A stretch of DNA of 60,069 nt, taken from a virus. Lineage: Duplodnaviria > Caudoviricetes. The stretch lies in IMG/VR virus record IMGVR_UViG_3300039037_000048, positions 1-60,069 of that record. The stretch is one strand, 5' to 3'. The first letter of the stretch is position 1. The number at the start of each line of letters is the position of its first letter. This document shows positions 45,248-54,845 of the stretch, one piece after another. Under the pieces are notes generated by a model that was not told the origin of the DNA, made no database searches, and worked only from the letters and a program-made list of their open reading frames with translations. Position numbers and translations under genes: made by a program.

Positions 45248-45671
45248 TCACCATACCAATTACTGTTGTACCCATTGTACCAGCATTGGCATCTGGAGTC
45301 AATAACTTGACCATTGGTGGGACCACCTGCATAACTGCCACAAGCGTTGCGAGCACAGCACCTGCACCCACAACAAACTTCTGGTTGGCATCAACTTTCT
45401 TTTGAATACGATCGATCCTATCATGCAGGATCTGATGATTCTTTTCTTCCTGTTGCTTTAACTCATCAATCATTTTGATGATGAGATCATCAGTTCTCTC
45501 ACTCTCGTCCAGTCTATTCTCATGGCGTTCGAGAATGATAGCGATCTTGTTACTATTGTCAGAGATAGTACCTACAGCTCTCTCAAGTTTATCCAACATT
45601 TCCTTGGATAAATCTTCGTAGATAGATAACTTTGACTCTAGGACAGCAAGCTTGCCCAGACCAAATGCCAT
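45210..45671 (-). CDS. Coiled-coil protein with C-terminal TM
   Basis: Heptad pattern followed by FVVGAGAVLATLVAVMQVV. Confidence 0.7.
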   Translation of the reverse strand: MAFGLGKLAVLESKLSIYEDLSKEMLDKLERAVGTISDNSNKIAIILERHENRLDESERTDDLIIKMIDELKQQEEKNHQILHDRIDRIQKKVDANQKFVVGAGAVLATLVAVMQVVPPMVKLLTPDANAGTMGTTVIGMVNELPGQQVRQFS

Positions 45672-45683
45672 GGTGTTTCCCTA

Positions 45684-46403
45684 TCAGACGTTGCGGATAG
45701 CAAAGTCAAGGGCAGACTGATAAGTAGCAGCATCTTTGTTCAGCATGTAGCGGAACTGGGTCTGTTGCTCATCAGGCAGCTGTGCATAACAAGCAGCGAT
45801 ACGCTTCGCTGAAAAATTGTCCAGGTTCTGTTCAGATCCATCACCAAATGTAATCTTGGCAAAGGATGCTTCGCCCGAAGGATTGAGTTCGGAGGTTGCA
45901 ACCTGTAGTGCAACGTCCAGGGCGTCCATTTGTGCAGCAGATTCAGTCATAATTTCTTTAGTCACTTCAGTTTCTTCTTTCTTAAGTTTCTTGGTCTGAT
46001 CAGATGCTTTCTTTTTGAAGTCAGACATACGTGCCTTCATCAAAACGTCCATTTCTTTCGTCTTGGACTGCATCTTTTTCTTCGCTTCGTCACGCTTCTT
46101 CTGTAGATCCTTGGCACGGTTCAGTTTTTTCATCTGACCGATTTGCTTCTGCGCTCTTTCTGTTTCGGAAGGAGCTGCTTCTACAATTTGTGCTTCTAGT
46201 TCTTCTTTCATTTTCTTGCGGGACTGTATACGAGAGAGCATTTGTTTTGCACCTTTAGTGCGACCGTCTACCTTGTCTTGATTTGCTTTCTTATATCTAC
46301 GGTGAGACTTTGGGTTAACAAAGACGAACGCAGGTGGCATTGACAAAGCAGCGCCATTACCTGCCATCATTTCATTCACAGTAGATTTAGATTCTTCAGA
46401 CAT
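45684..46403 (-). CDS. Lys/Glu-rich hypothetical protein (possible internal head protein)
   Basis: VDGRTKG motif; highly charged. Confidence 0.7.
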   Translation of the reverse strand: MSEESKSTVNEMMAGNGAALSMPPAFVFVNPKSHRRYKKANQDKVDGRTKGAKQMLSRIQSRKKMKEELEAQIVEAAPSETERAQKQIGQMKKLNRAKDLQKKRDEAKKKMQSKTKEMDVLMKARMSDFKKKASDQTKKLKKEETEVTKEIMTESAAQMDALDVALQVATSELNPSGEASFAKITFGDGSEQNLDNFSAKRIAACYAQLPDEQQTQFRYMLNKDAATYQSALDFAIRNV

Positions 46404-46732
46404 TCTTGATCAACGTCGGTGTTGAGTGTTTCAGGTAAACGATTGAGGACCAACATGAATGCTTTCAATGTGGACCAGTGTTTCGCCTCTATCTTATAGA
46501 ACAATAGAGGCGTAGCAGCATCATCAAATACATTGTACATGACGATAATGTGGTTTAGGATGAGATGAACCTTCAACTCACCGTGCATTTCATAACGACG
46601 AAATAAACGTTTGACGCACTTAATCTTATTTAGATCTTTTTTGAAGTCGTCAAACGTAACAGAGTTCGGGTTATTATAATTACGTATAGCAAACATCAAC
46701 CAGTTATCCTGGTTCAACTCATCGAACTTCAT
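46376..46732 (-). CDS. Conserved T4-like phage hypothetical protein
   Basis: FAIRNYNNP...F..DL...KRL..RY...HLILNHII..YNVF. Confidence 0.75.
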   Translation of the reverse strand: MKFDELNQDNWLMFAIRNYNNPNSVTFDDFKKDLNKIKCVKRLFRRYEMHGELKVHLILNHIIVMYNVFDDAATPLLFYKIEAKHWSTLKAFMLVLNRLPETLNTDVDQECLKNLNLL

Positions 46733-46737
46733 CTATA

Positions 46738-47319
46738 TCATTCTGCAGTAGTTACTACAGCGGTAGCAGAGATGACTTCTGGAGCACCATTGGTAGAGGT
46801 GAGCTTGACTCTGTAAGAACCAGCATTCTCCACAGCATAAGGATCAACATCATAGGTGGGTTGATTAGCACCGATGTTTGCCCAGCGTCCTGCAGCAGAT
46901 AGTTTCTGCCACTGATACTGCATAGCAGAAGCATCACCAGGAGGTGTGGAGATAGCGGCAACCGACAGAGCAAGAGGATCACCAACAGCAACTGCTTGAG
47001 TAGCAGGTTGGGTATTGATGGTGATGAGTACAGCCTCGTCTGCTGCTACACTGTCATCAGATTGAGTCTCGCTAGAGTTCGCTTCAGGATCAGCGATAGT
47101 TACAAGCATTTCTGCCTTATGACGGGTGTTACCTTCACAGTCAGTATAGGTGTAGTAGGACCACCAACCAGGAGCATTCAGACCGCGAGCTTTGTTCTCC
47201 GCGAGTGCTGCTTCGGTGTCGTCAATAAAAATTGTTTGCTTTGCTTGCGATGATGCAGCGATGCCAATGCCTGCTTTAGCTTTGTTCGCATTGCTATCAT
47301 CCTTTCCGTATAAGGACAT
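46738..47319 (-). CDS. Virion protein with C-terminal Ig-like domain
   Basis: PGWW.Y.TYTD..GNTRHKAE; ITINTQPA...YQWQK...YRV...ISATA. Confidence 0.7.
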   Translation of the reverse strand: MSLYGKDDSNANKAKAGIGIAASSQAKQTIFIDDTEAALAENKARGLNAPGWWSYYTYTDCEGNTRHKAEMLVTIADPEANSSETQSDDSVAADEAVLITINTQPATQAVAVGDPLALSVAAISTPPGDASAMQYQWQKLSAAGRWANIGANQPTYDVDPYAVENAGSYRVKLTSTNGAPEVISATAVVTTAE

Positions 47320-47355
47320 GAGAATACCAGGTCTATGTTTGTCTGAATATATTTA

Positions 47356-47387
47356 TAAAAAAAGGGAGAGGCACACTGCCTCCCCCT
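47356..47387 (-). terminator. Terminator followed by late promoter TATAAATA (47350-47357)
   Basis: GGGGAGGCA-G-TGTGCCTCTCCC hairpin followed by a T run. Confidence 0.65.
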
Positions 47388-47395
47388 AGTAATGA

Positions 47396-47596
47396 TCACT
47401 CTTCGCGAGCTTTAATTGCTGCGGTAACTGCTTCTAGAAGCTGATCATCCATGTCAGTCTTGGTTAGTTTGACTGCTTTACCTAGGATAACTAGGCAGAT
47501 ATCGATCAACTTTTCTCCGAGCTCTTCGTTGTCGGGAATCTTTGCGACAGCATCAGTGATAATCTTTGATGCTAATGGAAGTAAGAATGCTAGCAT
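47396..47596 (-). CDS. Hypothetical protein
   Basis: 66-aa ORF after late promoter CTAAATA; LTKTDMDDQLL. Confidence 0.65.
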   Translation of the reverse strand: MLAFLLPLASKIITDAVAKIPDNEELGEKLIDICLVILGKAVKLTKTDMDDQLLEAVTAAIKAREE

Positions 47597-47747
47597 GATT
47601 TTAGGGGCATAGTATACCCAAATATTTAGTCTGCCTTACGCTGACTTTTCAATGCCTTAAGAATGTACTTCTTATTCTTCTTATTGTGCTCCTTGTCTTC
47701 AGCAGCGCCGTCTTTAATTTCAGGCATCACTTCGACGTGAGCACCCT

Positions 47748-48701
47748 TCACTTTTTTTCTTCTTCGATCTCCTTACGAAGTTCTGCCTGCTCCTTCATCT
47801 TCTTCTTGGTGTTGATGATCTTGGAGACCTTCTTGCGACGTGCTAGAAGATACTTGTCAGACTTATCGTGATCGCCATCGTTGTCGATGTCCTTGTCTTC
47901 CTTGCCTACGGGATCGAGTTTCTTCTCTTGAATCTCTTCTTCCTTGACACAGTTAGGAACAGACTTGCCACCTTTCATCTTGGTGCCCTTTGCCTTGTAA
48001 CCTTTCCAGCAGGTAGAAGCGCCGACATTCTTACGTGCCTGCTTCATGCTGCCTTCTTCGACTACTTCGACTTCTCTTTCAAAGATGAAAGTTTCGCCAT
48101 CGAGTTCAAACGATACCTCTTCCTTCTTTGCTGTTCTTGCGCTCTTCTTGAAAGCGTCCTTTGCAGGATAGTCTTCCGAACCTGGTTTTGCGGGTGCTTC
48201 GCCGCGCTTTCTCTTTGCATGGATGTTAGCGTATAGACCTCTCTTTGCTTCAGAAACAGCTTCTTCTTTCTTCATAGAAGCCTTATCTTCCTTCTGACAC
48301 TTGGAGCACCCTTTTCCTCCACAATAAGAGCAGGTTTCCTCGCGGGCAACCACCTTCGTGGTGTCTTTAATTTCCGCTCCGTGAGACTGTTTGACACCAC
48401 TGCCAGTACGTAGATCGGTAGCAGGATCAGGAGCACCTGCATTTGCTTTAGGGTCCTTCGTTGCAAAGTCATCCTCACCACCTTTCTTCTGAAGTTCGGG
48501 GATTGAAGTAGATGCATCAGCACCACCAGCAGGACCAGGAGCTCCTAGTTCTTTCTTCTCTGGTGCAGGGATAGCAGTTGCTTCCTCTAGTGTGGACTGT
48601 TGGAATCCTGCTCCACCCATCCACTTTGTATAGGAATCCATAAGTGCCTCTGAATAGGCATCATTATGCTGCACACTATTGACTGGTTTCTGTCTTTCCA
48701 T
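47748..48701 (-). CDS. Highly charged modular protein (possible internal head protein)
   Basis: Modules GLYANIHAKRKRG, CWKGYK...VPNCVKEE, LDPVGKEDKDIDNDGD separated by (L/V/I)xE. Confidence 0.7.
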   Translation of the reverse strand: MERQKPVNSVQHNDAYSEALMDSYTKWMGGAGFQQSTLEEATAIPAPEKKELGAPGPAGGADASTSIPELQKKGGEDDFATKDPKANAGAPDPATDLRTGSGVKQSHGAEIKDTTKVVAREETCSYCGGKGCSKCQKEDKASMKKEEAVSEAKRGLYANIHAKRKRGEAPAKPGSEDYPAKDAFKKSARTAKKEEVSFELDGETFIFEREVEVVEEGSMKQARKNVGASTCWKGYKAKGTKMKGGKSVPNCVKEEEIQEKKLDPVGKEDKDIDNDGDHDKSDKYLLARRKKVSKIINTKKKMKEQAELRKEIEEEKK

Positions 48702-48951
48702 TGTTGAAGATACTACTTTTCCTTTCTTTATTTATCGTATCAACTACTTGCAAAGCACGGATGTCTTTCACCCACGCTCTAAACATCTCACCAGACTCGG
48801 TGATTGCGATGACATAGTTGACGCCTGATCTATGTATAACACCTTTCTGTCCAGTCAAAGCATTGAATATAACATCACCTTCAGCAAACGTATCCGTCTG
48901 TCTATGCTGCTGTCGGACTGCCTGCTCGCGTAACTTTTTGAAGTCTTTCAT
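48676..48951 (-). CDS. Hypothetical protein (SH3-like)
   Basis: FAEGDVI...G.I...GVNYVI...FRAWVKDI. Confidence 0.65.
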   Translation of the reverse strand: MKDFKKLREQAVRQQHRQTDTFAEGDVIFNALTGQKGVIHRSGVNYVIAITESGEMFRAWVKDIRALQVVDTINKERKSSIFNNGKTETSQ

Positions 48952-49511
48952 TTAAAATTAGCTGGTAGTGCTCCTTTGATTTCCATCATCATTGCTCTAC
49001 AATCACGGTCATTCAGTGCTCTGGGGATACCAGATCTAAATGTTTTGAAGTCACCAGCAAATGCTGCTCGTCGCATCTTCGTTCCTGAAATAGCAAAGGT
49101 ATCTCCATCAGCATCTCTGCTGCCTGAAGATTTGATCTCAATCTTACGAAAAGAAAATTCGGTTCCGTTGTATTTATGGAGGAACTGCATGGCGTTGACT
49201 CTATCAGAACCCACAAGGAACACTACCTCATTATACCCTGCCATCATAAGGTCCTGTAAGATCTCCACGGGTTGTTTAGGACCCGAAAAGATTTTACCCT
49301 TATGCTCTGGGAACATCTTTTCCATGTAGAATAATTTACGATCAGGTGAGAGGGGATTCTTTCCTTTAGCGTCGTGGGATTGAGAAATATAAATGCGATA
49401 ATCATGTCTTCCTGCGGCACGTTTCACTCCGTCAAAGTTATCTTTATGTCCTGTAGTAGGTGGTTGGAATCTGCCAAACGTGAAGTAGCAGGTCTTGCAG
49501 TTTAACGCCAT
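48948..49511 (-). CDS. Cytidylyltransferase-like (HxGH nucleotidyltransferase) protein
   Basis: FTFGRFQPPTTGH, KNPL, VGSDRV, ISGTKMR. Confidence 0.88.
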   Translation of the reverse strand: MALNCKTCYFTFGRFQPPTTGHKDNFDGVKRAAGRHDYRIYISQSHDAKGKNPLSPDRKLFYMEKMFPEHKGKIFSGPKQPVEILQDLMMAGYNEVVFLVGSDRVNAMQFLHKYNGTEFSFRKIEIKSSGSRDADGDTFAISGTKMRRAAFAGDFKTFRSGIPRALNDRDCRAMMMEIKGALPANFK

Positions 49512-50695
49512 TGCTTTTGTATCGTGAAGTTATTGAATGCAAACTCAAAGCGATTGACAAACTTAATCATGCTGCCATCTTTGTGCATAACATATCCTTC
49601 AGGTGTCGTCACCTTATATCCATTCTCTGTCTGGACATAGGTTCTGAACTCTTCCAGGTGGTCTAGTTTATCTATAACCATTTGCTTAAGAGTTTGAAGC
49701 TCTTTGTACAGAGCAATCATTGCCTTAAACTTGTAGACATTATCTAGGAGATAATTCTCACTCTTATACACCAACGCACACTTCTTGGTTCTGTTAGCAA
49801 CTGTCTTGATCTTTGCCAACTCCTTCTGCATCTTCTCATCGTAGAAGTTTACCAGGGCATTGACCGTTTCGTCCACGTTCGTAATCTGTGTCCCAGTTCT
49901 AACCTCGGAGTTGAAAAATTGTTTGATGTAGGTGGAGATGTGAAACTTCGCATCCCCAGTGCTACCCATATTGGAAACAAGATCGTCAAGAAAATCACCA
50001 GCAAGTGAACACATGCGTTCGATTTTTTGTACATGGTTGTCGAAGCGTTGTAATTCTTGCTGGGTAAATCCAACTCGATCCATTGGTGTATCATTCTTGA
50101 TTACCAATGCATCAGCAGAACCAGTAACATCAGCACCCGCTCTTGCCTGCATCTCCGACAAGATACTTCCAGTGTAATGTGTATGGAATACCACTCCTAT
50201 TTTAGCAGCTCTTGCTGCTCTGCCAATAGGATGATCAACAGGTATACCATATGTAATAGTATTTGGACGGAAAGTGTACAACCTTTCCCCCTCCACAGTT
50301 TCTGTTTTTAGATCACTAGTAAACAAAAGGTCTCCTTGCACGACACCCTTGATACCTAATTGACTAAAGTATTTTAAGGAGAACTTTAATTTCTCTGCCA
50401 GGTCACCAGAGTACAGCATGTCAATCTTTGCTTCTGATGCACAGATTTTTGGTTCTGTTTTGTTGAACACAGACTTGGTTCCAACAAAGAAGTACCCATG
50501 CTCTGGATGTGTACCACAAATGACAGATGGAGCACCATCCCACTTGGTTTGCATAAAACCTTGTGAGTCCTGATGACCTAACATCTTACGAAGTTCTTTC
50601 AGGAAGGACACTGCTGCCTTACATCCATCGACGCCGTAGTTCAGCATCTCATCTTCCAGGTGTTCTAGATGTTTGAGCTGTTTAATGTTAGACAT
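49502..50695 (-). CDS. Conserved T4-like phage protein (ligase/nucleotidyltransferase-like fold)
   Basis: HLEHLED, KWDGAP, FVGTKSVFNK, QGDLLF, PEGYV, KFVNRFEF. Confidence 0.75.
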   Translation of the reverse strand: MSNIKQLKHLEHLEDEMLNYGVDGCKAAVSFLKELRKMLGHQDSQGFMQTKWDGAPSVICGTHPEHGYFFVGTKSVFNKTEPKICASEAKIDMLYSGDLAEKLKFSLKYFSQLGIKGVVQGDLLFTSDLKTETVEGERLYTFRPNTITYGIPVDHPIGRAARAAKIGVVFHTHYTGSILSEMQARAGADVTGSADALVIKNDTPMDRVGFTQQELQRFDNHVQKIERMCSLAGDFLDDLVSNMGSTGDAKFHISTYIKQFFNSEVRTGTQITNVDETVNALVNFYDEKMQKELAKIKTVANRTKKCALVYKSENYLLDNVYKFKAMIALYKELQTLKQMVIDKLDHLEEFRTYVQTENGYKVTTPEGYVMHKDGSMIKFVNRFEFAFNNFTIQKQWR

Positions 50696-51714
50696 TACTC
50701 TGAATCTACTCCCTTGTCGATAGAACCTGGCCAAGGAGCAACACTCATCTTCAGTCCTGTTGCTAGTTGAGTACCAGAGAACTTAAATCTAATCTGAACA
50801 ATCTGTTTTTCACCTGCTTTTACACCAATAGTATAACCATCTTTACCACCTAGGTTCTCATACTTGAGTGGTTTATTTTTTCTTACCAGTGCATCAAACT
50901 TTGCATTGCCTAGTGGGTCATCTACCGTTGCTTGCACCACAGATAGTGTCTTGTCAGATCTACCAGTCACCTTAACGTACTTGGGTAACTTATCTGTATC
51001 CAGCAACTCGTCAAGGATATACATTTTGATGTCAATATCACCCATTCTGGTGAATGCATCCTTCAGAATGTCTCTACACCCACCAAGAATCTGTTTGGTA
51101 TACTTCTCATTGATGACCTTAAATTCAGGATCATCTTTCAATGCTTTTACTTTATCTTTATTCAGATACTTATTAGAGTAAGGTATGCCAGACTCCTTGT
51201 GTGCTGCACTGACACCCTCTTCCAGTAACTTTTGGAACACACCAGGTTGACCAATGAAGTCTTCAATCTTACCCATGCCTGGGTTCTTCACGGGTGCCTC
51301 TTGAGTCAGTGTTTTGAGCAAAGATTTAGCAGATAATCCTAGATAAGGGTCGTCATACTTGGTAGACGATCTGAACTTTACTAGAACATCAGTGGGGTTG
51401 TTCTTACTTTCCTCAACGTAAGTAGAAGTATACTTACCAGGCAAACTTCTGTAGTTGAACGAGGATTTAGCGGTCCAATATACCTTATCTACTCCTCTGT
51501 AACCATTCTTTCCTGCCCACTCTAGAAACTTCTCTGCCATGACTTCTGCCTGGGCAACACGAGCGTTCAGTTCATCAGGTTTTTTGGAAAGCTTTGCGTA
51601 TCGATCATCATAAACTGCCTTGTCTGTAGCATCCAGACCACCAGTCCACGACTTACCGTTAAGATACCAGGCACAGTGCAGTTCATTAACGTCAGCACTA
51701 ATATTTTCTGCCAT
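50695..51714 (-). CDS. Putative PD-(D/E)XK-type endonuclease
   Basis: VNELHC...NPTDVLVKF...LGLSAK, resembling a PD-x(n)-SxK catalytic core. Confidence 0.5.
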   Translation of the reverse strand: MAENISADVNELHCAWYLNGKSWTGGLDATDKAVYDDRYAKLSKKPDELNARVAQAEVMAEKFLEWAGKNGYRGVDKVYWTAKSSFNYRSLPGKYTSTYVEESKNNPTDVLVKFRSSTKYDDPYLGLSAKSLLKTLTQEAPVKNPGMGKIEDFIGQPGVFQKLLEEGVSAAHKESGIPYSNKYLNKDKVKALKDDPEFKVINEKYTKQILGGCRDILKDAFTRMGDIDIKMYILDELLDTDKLPKYVKVTGRSDKTLSVVQATVDDPLGNAKFDALVRKNKPLKYENLGGKDGYTIGVKAGEKQIVQIRFKFSGTQLATGLKMSVAPWPGSIDKGVDSE

Positions 51715-51719
51715 ACAAA

Positions 51720-51748
51720 ATACCTCCCCTAGTATTTAGAGGAGGTAT
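51720..51748 (-). promoter_or_regulatory. RBS-sequestering hairpin with an embedded late promoter
   Basis: ATACCTCCTCTA-AATAC-TAGGGGAGGTAT; CTAAATA spans the stem top and loop. Confidence 0.75.
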
Positions 51749-51753
51749 AAAAG

Positions 51754-51951
51754 TCAGGCAGCTTCTTTGCCAAGATATTCATTGTCAAGAGTGTAGTTGT
51801 GCTTGTGCTCTTTAGTGAGGAGGTAGTATCCAATGATATTACTACCATCATCACGCCACCCATACCCAATCAGTGCTTCTTTGATGCCATTCCAATCGGG
51901 TGTCTTGTCAGTGTGCAGATAGTGGTTGAACTTCTCATGCAGATTGATCAT
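51754..51951 (-). CDS. Hypothetical protein
   Basis: 65-aa ORF; IGYGW.DDG..I.GYY.LT. Confidence 0.65.
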   Translation of the reverse strand: MINLHEKFNHYLHTDKTPDWNGIKEALIGYGWRDDGSNIIGYYLLTKEHKHNYTLDNEYLGKEAA

Positions 51952-52024
51952 AGGGTGGATGCGTCTGTATGTATTTTATCAGGAATCTCGCACAAAACCA
52001 GGTCTCTTTATAAATTCTTCAGGA

Positions 52025-52429
52025 TCAACGATCATCCGATGCGCGATTCTCTGAATAGAAGATGTCAAACTGTCCACCAGGATACCGTTTCTCCAGTTTC
52101 TTGACGTTGGTCTCGATCACTTCTTCAAAAGAAACACCAAGTGCTTGAGTTGCCTGTGCAACATACCACATCAGATCACCCAACTCAATAATCATGTGCT
52201 CTCGGTTGTCCTCGTTAAAGGGTTTACCTTGGAACACCATCTTCTTAACGATCTCCAAGAATTCACCACCTTCAGCATTGATCCCAACGCCAGCAGTAAG
52301 AAGACGCTCAATGTTGGCACCCTTTCGATCAAGTTCAACAAGGCGGTCAGCAAGGTCCACAAAATTTGTAGAAGCATCGGACGTAACTGCCGATACAAAC
52401 TCTTCATAGCGAGAGAATTCAATAGTCAT
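52025..52429 (-). CDS. mazG: MazG-like pyrophosphatase
   Basis: AEGGEF.EIVKK..FQGK...ELGDLMWY...N..KL..RYP. Confidence 0.93.
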   Translation of the reverse strand: MTIEFSRYEEFVSAVTSDASTNFVDLADRLVELDRKGANIERLLTAGVGINAEGGEFLEIVKKMVFQGKPFNEDNREHMIIELGDLMWYVAQATQALGVSFEEVIETNVKKLEKRYPGGQFDIFYSENRASDDR

Positions 52430-52430
52430 G

Positions 52431-53828
52431 TTAGATTACGAATTGAGAAAATTTGTCTAGTCTAGATTGCCTGTCAGAGATGTCCTCCAGGCGGTCGAAG
52501 GTCTCCTCTTCAGGAGCATCGGAAGCGGTGAGTTCTCCTTCCGAGTCGTCAACATTATACAACTTCATCTTCGCCCTGTCAATCCCCACCGTGAAACGAC
52601 GGAAATACGTGAGATCATTATATCGATTTTTAAGTTGCTTAACCATGATGCGACCTGACTGCTCAAGCTCTTCAGTAGAAATAAGAGCAAGCATAAGGTC
52701 AGCAGTAGCGGGTAAACCAAAAGACTCACTAGTATCAGTGAGATCGACATCACTATTGCCGAAACCACTACGAGTGGTTTGAGTAGCAGATACAATAGGA
52801 AGGTCGTGCTCGACAGCAAGACCTCGTAACTCTTCTGCAATCGCTTTGACATAGGTATATGAATTGACAATGTGACCCTTGTAGCGAGATGAGGCACAGA
52901 TGTTCAGATAGTCAATGAAGATAATGTTGGGGCGAAAGTCTTTCTTGAGAGAAAGATCGCTCAACAATGCTTTGAAGTGACCAGAATGTGCTGACGCAGT
53001 GGGATACTCTTTGATGATGAGTTTACCCTGTGACTTTCTTCCAATCTCATTGACTCTATTCTCAAAGATTGTTTGGGGCATCTCCCCAATATCTTTGATG
53101 TTAACGTTCAACAGGTTAGCGTCAATACGTTCAGCGATCTTTTCTTCTGCCATCTCTAGAGTGATGTACAGAACGTTATACCCAATGGATAAACAGGATG
53201 CTGCCATGTGACACATGAACAAAGACTTACCTACGCCTGTGCCTGCGAGTGCAATGTTCAGTGTCTTGTTAGGAAGACCACCTTTAGTGATGGTATTCAA
53301 CTTCTCAATGTCAAATGGAATCTTATGTTCTTCCAGATGATAATAGTCGTATCGTTCTTTTACATTCTCAACGTAGTCGTGTCCGATGTGTTCATCAAAC
53401 GATACTGCGAGAGCCTGCTGTAGGATACTCGGGATCGCATCCTTTGATACTTTCTGTTCACCGCTTCCCTCTGCGATTTTGATAGATTCAAGGAGGGCGT
53501 TGTAGACTGCCCTCTCCTGACACCACTTCTCCGTCGCGTCAACCAACCACTTCGTCTCAATATATTCTTGAGAAAGTGAATTGAGTTGCGAAACACTCGC
53601 CTTAAAAGTCTCTTCAGTAAGGTCATTGCGTTGATTGAGGTTGATAATTAGGACTTCTTTAGTCGGATACTTATCATACTTGTTAGAAAAATCTTGAATC
53701 TCTTCAAAGAGGACTCGCTCTGATTGTTCTTGAAAGTATTCACCTTTGATGAAAGGGACTACCTTACGAAAATACTCCTCATTGCAAAGCAGGTTCCTCA
53801 AAATTGAGAGTTCAAGCTTCTCCGTCAT
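52431..53828 (-). CDS. g41: Replicative helicase gp41
   Basis: AGTGVGKS, YITLEMAEE, IDYLNIC, SATQTTRSG, TSESFGLP. Confidence 0.97.
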   Translation of the reverse strand: MTEKLELSILRNLLCNEEYFRKVVPFIKGEYFQEQSERVLFEEIQDFSNKYDKYPTKEVLIINLNQRNDLTEETFKASVSQLNSLSQEYIETKWLVDATEKWCQERAVYNALLESIKIAEGSGEQKVSKDAIPSILQQALAVSFDEHIGHDYVENVKERYDYYHLEEHKIPFDIEKLNTITKGGLPNKTLNIALAGTGVGKSLFMCHMAASCLSIGYNVLYITLEMAEEKIAERIDANLLNVNIKDIGEMPQTIFENRVNEIGRKSQGKLIIKEYPTASAHSGHFKALLSDLSLKKDFRPNIIFIDYLNICASSRYKGHIVNSYTYVKAIAEELRGLAVEHDLPIVSATQTTRSGFGNSDVDLTDTSESFGLPATADLMLALISTEELEQSGRIMVKQLKNRYNDLTYFRRFTVGIDRAKMKLYNVDDSEGELTASDAPEEETFDRLEDISDRQSRLDKFSQFVI

Positions 53829-54843
53829 CGTCTGCTCCGTACAAGAATGTCTTCTGTGCCTGTTTATCTAGTTCGGCAAGAACTTCGGGTGTGAAATACT
53901 GCTCGGGATCTTTCAGAATCTGTTTGGCATAGACTTTCTTGCCGCCGATTTCATATCGACCAGCAACATTCTTCCACAGACCTGCTGCCTCACCGAGCTC
54001 AAGCAATCCATAGTGTTGTTCCAGACCACGTTCATCAAAGAACAGTCTTGTTTCAATCTTGGAACCCTCTCGGGTCAGACGAGACTTTTTAGCCTCGCAT
54101 TTGATAATGTTTCCGATGAGTACCGTTCCATCTTTCTCCTTTTTCTTTCCGAGATAAACGATTGTAGAGGCGGAATATTTGAGACCACTTCCTCCTCCCA
54201 TTTCCTTTGTAGGAACGTAAGCGCCGACGACATCATAGGTGTGATTGGTAACCAACATAGGTATATTAGCCTTACCAAGCTTGAGTGTAAGGATTCTGAA
54301 GCAAGACTTAATAAGTTGCGCCTTGGTCATGTCGCGAACGTTCTTGTCGTTCGACGCATCCTCAACCTCTTTATTGGTGGCTAGCATACCAAGAGAGTCT
54401 AACACAAACATCAGGGGTTTGCGATCCTCTTTGGGCGTTTCCATATATTTGTCGATGATCCTGACTGCCTGGGTCCTGAACTCCTCCACTGTATTGACAG
54501 GGAAGATGACCATACGCTTGGCATCGATGCCACGACTCTCGATCATCTGCTTACTAATGGCAGACTCGGTTTCAAAATATAAGACGCCAGCGTCAGGGTC
54601 AGCATCAAGGAAAGAGCGAACGACAGAGAGGCAAAAGAAAGTCTTTCCCGTGCCTGATTCTCCTGCCAAGGCAGTGATTTTGTTGGAAGGAATACCTCCA
54701 AAAATCGAACCACTAACAAGGGCATTAAAGATATAACTACCAGTATCAACAAAAGTTTCAACATCACCAGCAGCGATGCCGTCAGATGCACGAGAAGCAA
54801 ACTCATTTTTAGTGTCCTTCAGGACGGATGATAAAAAATCCAT
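53812..54843 (-). CDS. uvsX: RecA-like recombinase UvsX
   Basis: AGESGTGKT, LDSLGML, RDMTKAQ, MGGGSGLKY. Confidence 0.95.
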   Translation of the reverse strand: MDFLSSVLKDTKNEFASRASDGIAAGDVETFVDTGSYIFNALVSGSIFGGIPSNKITALAGESGTGKTFFCLSVVRSFLDADPDAGVLYFETESAISKQMIESRGIDAKRMVIFPVNTVEEFRTQAVRIIDKYMETPKEDRKPLMFVLDSLGMLATNKEVEDASNDKNVRDMTKAQLIKSCFRILTLKLGKANIPMLVTNHTYDVVGAYVPTKEMGGGSGLKYSASTIVYLGKKKEKDGTVLIGNIIKCEAKKSRLTREGSKIETRLFFDERGLEQHYGLLELGEAAGLWKNVAGRYEIGGKKVYAKQILKDPEQYFTPEVLAELDKQAQKTFLYGADDDGEA

Positions 54844-54845
54844 AA

